NCBI RefSeq assembly: GCF_000621645.1
Contig: NZ_JHXR01000001.1
Span: forward strand, 210,001-242,000
Direction: 5' to 3'
Source: Vibrio cholerae ATCC 14035
Lineage (GTDB): Bacteria; Pseudomonadota; Gammaproteobacteria; Enterobacterales; Vibrionaceae
DNA: 32,000 nt
In this document: positions 27,277-32,000 of the stretch, one piece after another
How positions within the stretch are numbered: position 1 is the first letter of the stretch
Layout: every line of letters starts with the position of its first letter
Notes under the pieces: model-generated
What the model was told of the DNA's origin: nothing
What the model saw: the letters and a program-made list of their open reading frames with translations, nothing else
Database searches by the model: none
Position numbers and translations under genes: made by a program

Positions 27277-28109
27277 TGGTACGACTCCAAGCTTGGATTG
27301 TTATAAGGAGGATTACTTAACACTTGCACACGACGAATGTGACGCGGCGTGTGAGAGTTAAAGGCTTCACGGCCATGGAGTAAGGAGAAGTTATCGGTGA
27401 TCACTATGTCACCCGTTTGCCACTCATGAGCGTAGAAGTTACGTGGGTCGTACAGTGCACGGCGTAAACTTTTGTGAAACTCGATCGCTTGCTCAGGAGT
27501 AATGCCAGACAGTGATACATCAGGTGGATTGAGCAGGTCGCCATTTTCTTCAAAATGCGGCTCGTTGTAGCGTATTACTTGATAGTCTCGGTATGGATGC
27601 TGCATCACAATCGGGGAGACGGTTTTACTGTGGTAAAACTCCATTTTACGCTGGTAGTGTCCGGTGACTTGCTGCCAAAGCTCAAGATCTGGCTGAGGGG
27701 CGTGCTGTAAAGCCAGCATGGTATGACTGAAGGTCGTACGCCCGCCATGCCCCGGTAAAGGAGCCTTTACACACTGAAAGATTTGGTATTCAGGGACTTG
27801 TGGGCGATACATGCCATCCCAATGCATCGGCATGTAGCTGCTGTCAAAAATGTGATCGCCAGGATCCTCTTTTTGTACCAGATCTAATACGCGCCCAAAC
27901 GGCCAAACACTCACTTCTCCCCAACGTTCGCAGTAGTCCGCAAACTGCTCCGAATGTTCAAAGGTTTCAAAACCACGCAGTAACACAAGTTGTTCACGCA
28001 AAAAGAGTTCGCGTAACTCATCAATATCTAACTCATTGACATGAATCGGAGCATGTTTCGGTTCTACGATCACTCCAAACGGTTGCAGAGCGGTAATTTT
28101 GTACGGCAT
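27261..28109 (-). CDS. PvcB/IsnB-like Fe(II)/2-oxoglutarate-dependent dioxygenase (TauD/TfdA family)
   Basis: The facial triad is intact: H-W-D in PMHWDG (His codon at 27822-27824) and the distal His in NFSLLHGREAF. An Arg lies 11 residues later (TPRHIRR). I use the ATG at 28109, which has GGAGG 8 nt upstream, rather than the TTG at 28124. Confidence 0.85.
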   Translation of the reverse strand: MPYKITALQPFGVIVEPKHAPIHVNELDIDELRELFLREQLVLLRGFETFEHSEQFADYCERWGEVSVWPFGRVLDLVQKEDPGDHIFDSSYMPMHWDGMYRPQVPEYQIFQCVKAPLPGHGGRTTFSHTMLALQHAPQPDLELWQQVTGHYQRKMEFYHSKTVSPIVMQHPYRDYQVIRYNEPHFEENGDLLNPPDVSLSGITPEQAIEFHKSLRRALYDPRNFYAHEWQTGDIVITDNFSLLHGREAFNSHTPRHIRRVQVLSNPPYNNPSLESYQCPQK

Positions 28110-28144
28110 ATCAATGGCCTCCAAAATGGGCTTAGGTTTTTCCT

Positions 28145-28190
28145 TTATCTAGTCCGATTATTTGTACAACCGCTGGAATTGACTAGATAA
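28145..28190. promoter_or_regulatory. Perfect 10-bp inverted repeat TTATCTAGTC-N26-GACTAGATAA upstream of the pvcB-like operon
   Basis: The arms lie at 28145-28154 and 28181-28190, which is 36-81 nt upstream of the ATG at 28109. Confidence 0.5.
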
Positions 28191-28287
28191 CAAAAGAAGA
28201 ACCGAGAGTTACCGATACAGGAACAGTCTCTGCGTTATTGAGAGAGAAGGGAATACCTATTTAGAAAGAGGGGGGAGTATAAAGCGC

Positions 28288-28329
28288 AAACAGAACGAAA
28301 GAGGTCAATCCATGCATGGTATTGACCTC
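28288..28329 (-). terminator. Probable intrinsic terminator of folD
   Basis: The stem GAGGTCAAT / ATTGACCTC (28301-28329) has an 11-nt loop. On the minus strand it is followed by TTTCGTTCTGTTT. Confidence 0.6.
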
Positions 28330-28406
28330 TTACTGCTTCTCAGGTGTTAGCACAAGGCGTTAACACAAGGTGAGTGTGAATACCGCGATGCAGATAGCCA
28401 CTGTGG

Positions 28407-29267
28407 CTAACCTTGAGTGTGGAACTGCTCACACGCCATCATAGTGTTTTCAATCAAGCTTGCGACGGTCATAGGTCCTACACCACCGGGTACTGGAGTG
28501 ATAAAACTTGCACGCGTACGGGCAACATCGTATTCCACATCGCCAACCAGCTTGCCAGTATCTAAGCGGTTAATGCCAACATCGACCACAACTGCACCTT
28601 CTTTAATCCATGCTCCCGGAATAAAGTTAGGTTTACCGACCGCGACCACCAAGATATCTGCTTGGCGAATATGGCCTTCGAGATCTTGAGTAAAGCGATG
28701 GCAAGTGGTGGTGGTGCAGCCTGCCAAGAGTAGCTCTAACGTCATCGGACGACCGACAATGTTGGAAGCTCCCACAATCACCGCGTGTTTGCCGCGTAGT
28801 GGAATATTGTAGCGTTCAAGCAGAGTAATAATGCCTTTGGGTGTGCAAGAGCGTAGTTTCGGAATGCGCTGCGCCAAGCGACCGACGTTGTAAGGGTGGA
28901 AGCCATCCACATCTTTCTCTGGGTGAATACTTTCCAACACTTTGGTGGTATCCATACCCGCAGGTAACGGCAGTTGTACCAAAATGCCATCGATTTGCGG
29001 ATCGTTATTGAGTTCTTCAACCAGTGACAGCAAGGCTTCTTCGCTAGCGGTGGCGGGTAAATCGAAAGATTTGGAGACAAAACCGACTTCTTCACAGGCA
29101 CGGCGTTTACTGCCGACATACACTTGTGAAGCAGGATCTTCGCCCACCAACACAACCGCCAGTCCTGGGGCTCGTAACCCAGCTTGAACACGAGCTTTAA
29201 CACGGGCTGCCACTTCTGAGCGCACCGTTTGCGAAATCAGCGTTCCATCAATATTTTGAGCAGTCAT
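28407..29267 (-). CDS. folD: Bifunctional 5,10-methylene-tetrahydrofolate dehydrogenase/cyclohydrolase FolD
   Basis: [42 protein letters not shown]... is collinear with E. coli FolD as I recall it. The start is the ATG at 29267, with AAGGAAA upstream. The ORF-track extension to 29342 is not supported. Confidence 0.95.
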   Translation of the reverse strand: MTAQNIDGTLISQTVRSEVAARVKARVQAGLRAPGLAVVLVGEDPASQVYVGSKRRACEEVGFVSKSFDLPATASEEALLSLVEELNNDPQIDGILVQLPLPAGMDTTKVLESIHPEKDVDGFHPYNVGRLAQRIPKLRSCTPKGIITLLERYNIPLRGKHAVIVGASNIVGRPMTLELLLAGCTTTTCHRFTQDLEGHIRQADILVVAVGKPNFIPGAWIKEGAVVVDVGINRLDTGKLVGDVEYDVARTRASFITPVPGGVGPMTVASLIENTMMACEQFHTQG

Positions 29268-29426
29268 GACTTTCCTTACAGGTTTGGAGCGAAAATTTTT
29301 GCGCACATTGTCGCAGATATTTTTGATAACATCCACAGGCAAACGTTTGCTTTGTTCTGTTTTTCGGCAGTTGAGATGAGATCGGTAAAATATTGCTCAT
29401 TCGAAACAGAAAGTTAGACAAAGGCG

Positions 29427-29454
29427 TTGATCTAGCCCGTTTAACTCGTATAAT
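29427..29454 (+). promoter_or_regulatory. Sigma70-type promoter of the tRNA-Arg gene
   Basis: TTGATC (29427-29432), a 16-nt spacer and TATAAT (29449-29454). The -10 ends 14 nt before the mature tRNA 5' end. Confidence 0.6.
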
Positions 29455-29468
29455 CCTCACCCTGTAGC

Positions 29469-29545
29469 GCGCCCTTAGCTCAGTTGGATAGAGCACGTGC
29501 CTTCTAAGCATGTGGTCACAGGTTCGAATCCTGTAGGGCGTGCCA
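29469..29545 (+). tRNA. argU: tRNA-Arg (anticodon UCU, reads AGA)
   Basis: I folded the cloverleaf by hand. The acceptor is GCGCCCT/AGGGCGT, with a G1.U72 wobble where E. coli argU has G-C. The D arm is GCTC-AGTTGGATA-GAGC. The anticodon stem CGTGC/GCATG carries the loop CTTCTAA. The T arm is ACAGG-TTCGAAT-CCTGT. CCA is encoded. Confidence 0.93.
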
Positions 29546-29554
29546 TTATTTCAG

Positions 29555-29587
29555 ACCCCAGCAAAGCTCATTTGCTGGGGTTTTTTA
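29555..29587 (+). terminator. Rho-independent terminator after tRNA-Arg
   Basis: An 11-bp stem (ACCCCAGCAAA / TTTGCTGGGGT) with a 5-nt loop is followed by a T6 run. Confidence 0.85.
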
Positions 29588-29896
29588 TTGTCATCCTCAA
29601 ATCACTGTTTTGAGCGGTGACGGTTTTAAATTTTGTTGCGTTGGGTAGTTGAGAAGTGGCGATTTTGCATCGGTATCATCGACAAGCTGTGCGACCTCTC
29701 GGTTTTTTTTATGCCCCCTATTTACAAAGCCATCAGGTGGTGCAAGGATCCGCGTGCTCAGGGAAAGGTAAGTCCAAACTAGATATCACCATCCTGCCGT
29801 ATTACCCAATATATTCAACCGCTTATCCGCATTTTTAGTCGACTTGGTATTTTTGTGACTACCAATTTATTGGACTGAAAACGCAGGGAGATACCC

Positions 29897-31192
29897 ATGA
29901 AACGCATCCCCGCATTGGACAGTATCCGAGGATTATTGTTGGTGCTGATCACCTTCAACCATCTTATCTGGTACAGCGGCGGTACAACCATACTGCAAAT
30001 GATTACTCATGAACCTGTCGGCGTGTTTGGTGCCGCGGAAGGTTTCATCTTTATGTCTGGACTACTGGCTGGTATGGTCTATAGCCGCCGTGAATACACT
30101 GACCGTCAAGCGGCTGGGAAAGTGTGGCATCGTGCGTTCATTATCTACAAATACCACATTGCAGGACTCTTTATTGCTATGCTGTGGTTTTGGCTGGGCA
30201 GCCACTATTTTGCTGAACAAGTCACCGTGTTTGGTGGCAGCTTTAGTAATCTGCCTACTATGCCTTTTATGACCATGTTGATGAGCTTCCTGCTGCTCAA
30301 TAAACCCGCCTATCTGGAAATTTTGCCACTCTATATCATGTATATGTTGCTGTTTCCTTTGGCACTGTACGGGTTTCGTCGCGGTTATCTTAAATGGGTA
30401 CTTGCGCTGAGCGTGCTGATTTGGGCAAGCAGTGGTTGGATTCAAGGCGCTATGCTTTTGCCACTCTTTAAGTGGCTTTCTGCAGAATACATTCCTGAAC
30501 TCGGTTACTTTGACCCTTTTGCTTGGCAACTGCTGTTTTTCTTTGGTGGTGCATTAGGTTATTGCAAGCGTCAAGGCGAGTTGGCGTGGTTCCACCCTAA
30601 ATTGGTTTGGTTATGTGCGGCGATAGCTTTGGTTATCTTTATGGCTTACCGCGATCTTTTAACGCCATTGGGTATTACTAAGCAGATGGTGTATGCGGCA
30701 TCCAGTAAGCCAGAGCTTGGCTGGTTGCGTGTACTGAGTTTGAGTGTATGGATCTACTTAATCTCTGTTGTGATCCGCTTTTTCCCAACGGCATTAGTGT
30801 ATGAACCGCTGAGCTATCTCGGCCGCCATTCATTACAAGTTTTTACTTGGCAAACCGTACTGATTTTTATCACTGCACCTTGGCTTCTGACCACGCGCGA
30901 CTCGGTTTGGCATACAGCGATTATTCTGCTGCTCTGTACAACATTGTGGATTCCCGCTTGGCTACAGACACAGCGTAAAGAAAAGCCAATCAATTTGTCA
31001 TCTGCGGTGGTGGCTTGCCTTTCACTGGTTTTAGTGATGACGACGAATTTTACAAGCTTCCCTCAACCACCCAAAAGTGACATTGTGGCGAGCAGTGATG
31101 AGGTCGTCACCGATGCTTTACCCAGCAGTGAGATTTCTAATCATGAGCTGCTGAGTGAACCGATGAACAGTGATGAGACACCCGTGAACTGA
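29897..31192 (+). CDS. OpgC-family / acyltransferase-like polytopic membrane protein
   Basis: The 431-aa protein has ~10 predicted TM segments and a short acidic C-terminal tail. Its N-terminus (IPALDSIRGLLLVLITFNHLIW) resembles the OpgC-type DxxRG...H opening. The SD GGGAG lies upstream. The functional call is tentative. Confidence 0.6.
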   Translation: MKRIPALDSIRGLLLVLITFNHLIWYSGGTTILQMITHEPVGVFGAAEGFIFMSGLLAGMVYSRREYTDRQAAGKVWHRAFIIYKYHIAGLFIAMLWFWLGSHYFAEQVTVFGGSFSNLPTMPFMTMLMSFLLLNKPAYLEILPLYIMYMLLFPLALYGFRRGYLKWVLALSVLIWASSGWIQGAMLLPLFKWLSAEYIPELGYFDPFAWQLLFFFGGALGYCKRQGELAWFHPKLVWLCAAIALVIFMAYRDLLTPLGITKQMVYAASSKPELGWLRVLSLSVWIYLISVVIRFFPTALVYEPLSYLGRHSLQVFTWQTVLIFITAPWLLTTRDSVWHTAIILLLCTTLWIPAWLQTQRKEKPINLSSAVVACLSLVLVMTTNFTSFPQPPKSDIVASSDEVVTDALPSSEISNHELLSEPMNSDETPVN

Positions 31193-31504
31193 GCCAGAAT
31201 AAACTGTCCCGTGTATGTTATGCCGATGCCGTTTTTAGCTGCATCGGCTAACGCAGTTGTCGGTATACCTGCGTACTTTTTCTGACTACCTTCCTCGCCG
31301 GATAATTCTTTATATAGCCATCAAGACCTTACTGAGGTAGACCGTTTTGATGCCGAAGCTTAAGACCAGCTTTGGTAACTCACGAGGTATTTCAAATCGC
31401 GGCTACGTCTATTGGACAGCCTATCAACCGTCACATTCTCGCGTTACAGTGAGTTTTTATCATTCACGATTTTTTGAAGCCAGTACAACCTGTGAGAGCC
31501 TGAA

Positions 31505-32000
31505 ATGAGCAAGCCCCTTTATGTGTTTGATTTGGATGACACCCTGATTGATGGGGACTGCGCAATGATTTGGAATGCGTTTCTTGCTGAGAAAGGCATT
31601 GCGACGGAGCGCAATTTTGTGGAAGAAGATCGAAGACGCATGGCGCTGTACGCGCAAGGCAAGATGGATATGGCGGAATACATTGCTTTTGCGATGCAGC
31701 CATTAGCGCAAGTGCCAAGTACAACCGTGCAAGATTGGGTGGAAGAGTGCGTGTCACGCTGGATTGTTCCAAAACAATTTGCCCAAGCTCGTGAGTTGAT
31801 TGCGCAGTTAAAGCAGCAAGGTAATACCTGCTTAATTATTTCCGCTTCTGTTTCGTTTTTAGTGAAAACCGTCGCTCAACGTTTCGGAATTGAACACGCG
31901 TTAGGGATTGATCTTGTGAGCCAAAACGGTTGCTACAGCGGTAACATCGAGGGCGTTGCTAGCTACCGAGAAGGTAAAGTGCTGCGTTTACAACAATGGT
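31505..32000 (+). CDS. HAD-superfamily (subfamily IB, SerB-like) hydrolase, 3'-truncated by the window edge
   Basis: This gene is absent from the ORF track because no stop codon is reached. I translated it by hand from the ATG at 31505: MSKPLYVFDLDDTLIDGDCAMIWNAFLAEKG... It carries HAD motif I (FDLDDTL) and motif II (CLIISAS). The frame stays open to nt 32000. Confidence 0.8.
   Translation, partial: MSKPLYVFDLDDTLIDGDCAMIWNAFLAEKGIATERNFVEEDRRRMALYAQGKMDMAEYIAFAMQPLAQVPSTTVQDWVEECVSRWIVPKQFAQARELIAQLKQQGNTCLIISASVSFLVKTVAQRFGIEHALGIDLVSQNGCYSGNIEGVASYREGKVLRLQQW

Noticed and set aside
29778-29785. ACTAGATA, an 8/10 match to the cluster motif GACTAGATAA, lies 112 nt upstream of the OpgC-like gene.
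   Set aside because: An 8-mer is expected about once per 32 kb on two strands by chance. The flanks do not match the extended motif.
29469-31192. The idea that tRNA-Arg(UCU), a classic integration hotspot, marks a genomic island containing the OpgC-like gene, or that the isonitrile cassette is tRNA-associated.
   Set aside because: I saw no integrase, no phage or IS genes, and no direct repeat of the tRNA 3' end downstream. The isonitrile cassette lies on the 5' side of the tRNA and is separated from it by folD.
31350-31508. A 52-aa ORF (MPKLKTSFGNSRGISNRGYVYWTAYQPSHSRV...) whose TGA stop overlaps the HAD hydrolase ATG in an ATGA arrangement.
   Set aside because: The ATGA overlap looks like translational coupling. 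However, the only SD-like GAGG is 12 nt from the ATG, the sequence matches nothing I recognise, and at this length it could be chance.
31460-31772. Minus-strand ORFs of 65 and 102 aa from the ORF track.
   Set aside because: They are antisense to the hand-translated HAD hydrolase gene (31505 onward), which has clear DxDxT and S/T motifs.
1-32000. A window-wide look for CRISPR arrays, IS or transposon ends, integrons, toxin-antitoxin pairs and known anti-phage systems.
   Set aside because: By eye I saw no regularly spaced direct repeats, no transposase, integrase or nuclease-type ORFs, and no small adjacent ORF pairs with TA-like features. A computational repeat search could still find short elements that I missed.

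Overview
The gene content and order (menE, benE, minCDE, ycgL, nupC, a modular GH18 chitinase, torYZ, folD, tRNA-Arg) look like a Vibrio core chromosome segment, very probably V. cholerae chromosome 1-like. That identification is from memory, not from a search. I support 24 protein-coding genes (two run off the window edges), one tRNA-Arg(UCU), about ten intrinsic terminators and several candidate regulatory sites. I recognised no CRISPR array, IS element, integrase, prophage or known defence system. The stretch that stands out is a ~5.5 kb cassette at 22.6-28.1 kb between the torZ and folD terminators. It encodes a PvcA/IsnA-type isonitrile synthase fused to a divergent second TauD-like domain, a LysR regulator, a single-component FAD monooxygenase and a stand-alone PvcB/IsnB-type Fe(II)/2-oxoglutarate dioxygenase. 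Its promoter regions share a GA(C/G)TAGAT(AA) motif, and part of it is visibly AT-rich. I read it as a small aryl-isonitrile biosynthetic cluster with a tailoring set unlike the paerucumarin or rhabduscin clusters. Lesser points are twin 16-bp operators between benE and its XRE-cupin regulator, a tetR-linked LplT-like MFS::PlsC acyltransferase fusion, an internally duplicated MCP sensor domain, an FNR-like box upstream of torY, and an orphan terminator-like hairpin after the tRNA. All calls rest on reading motifs by eye; no database search or computation was possible.
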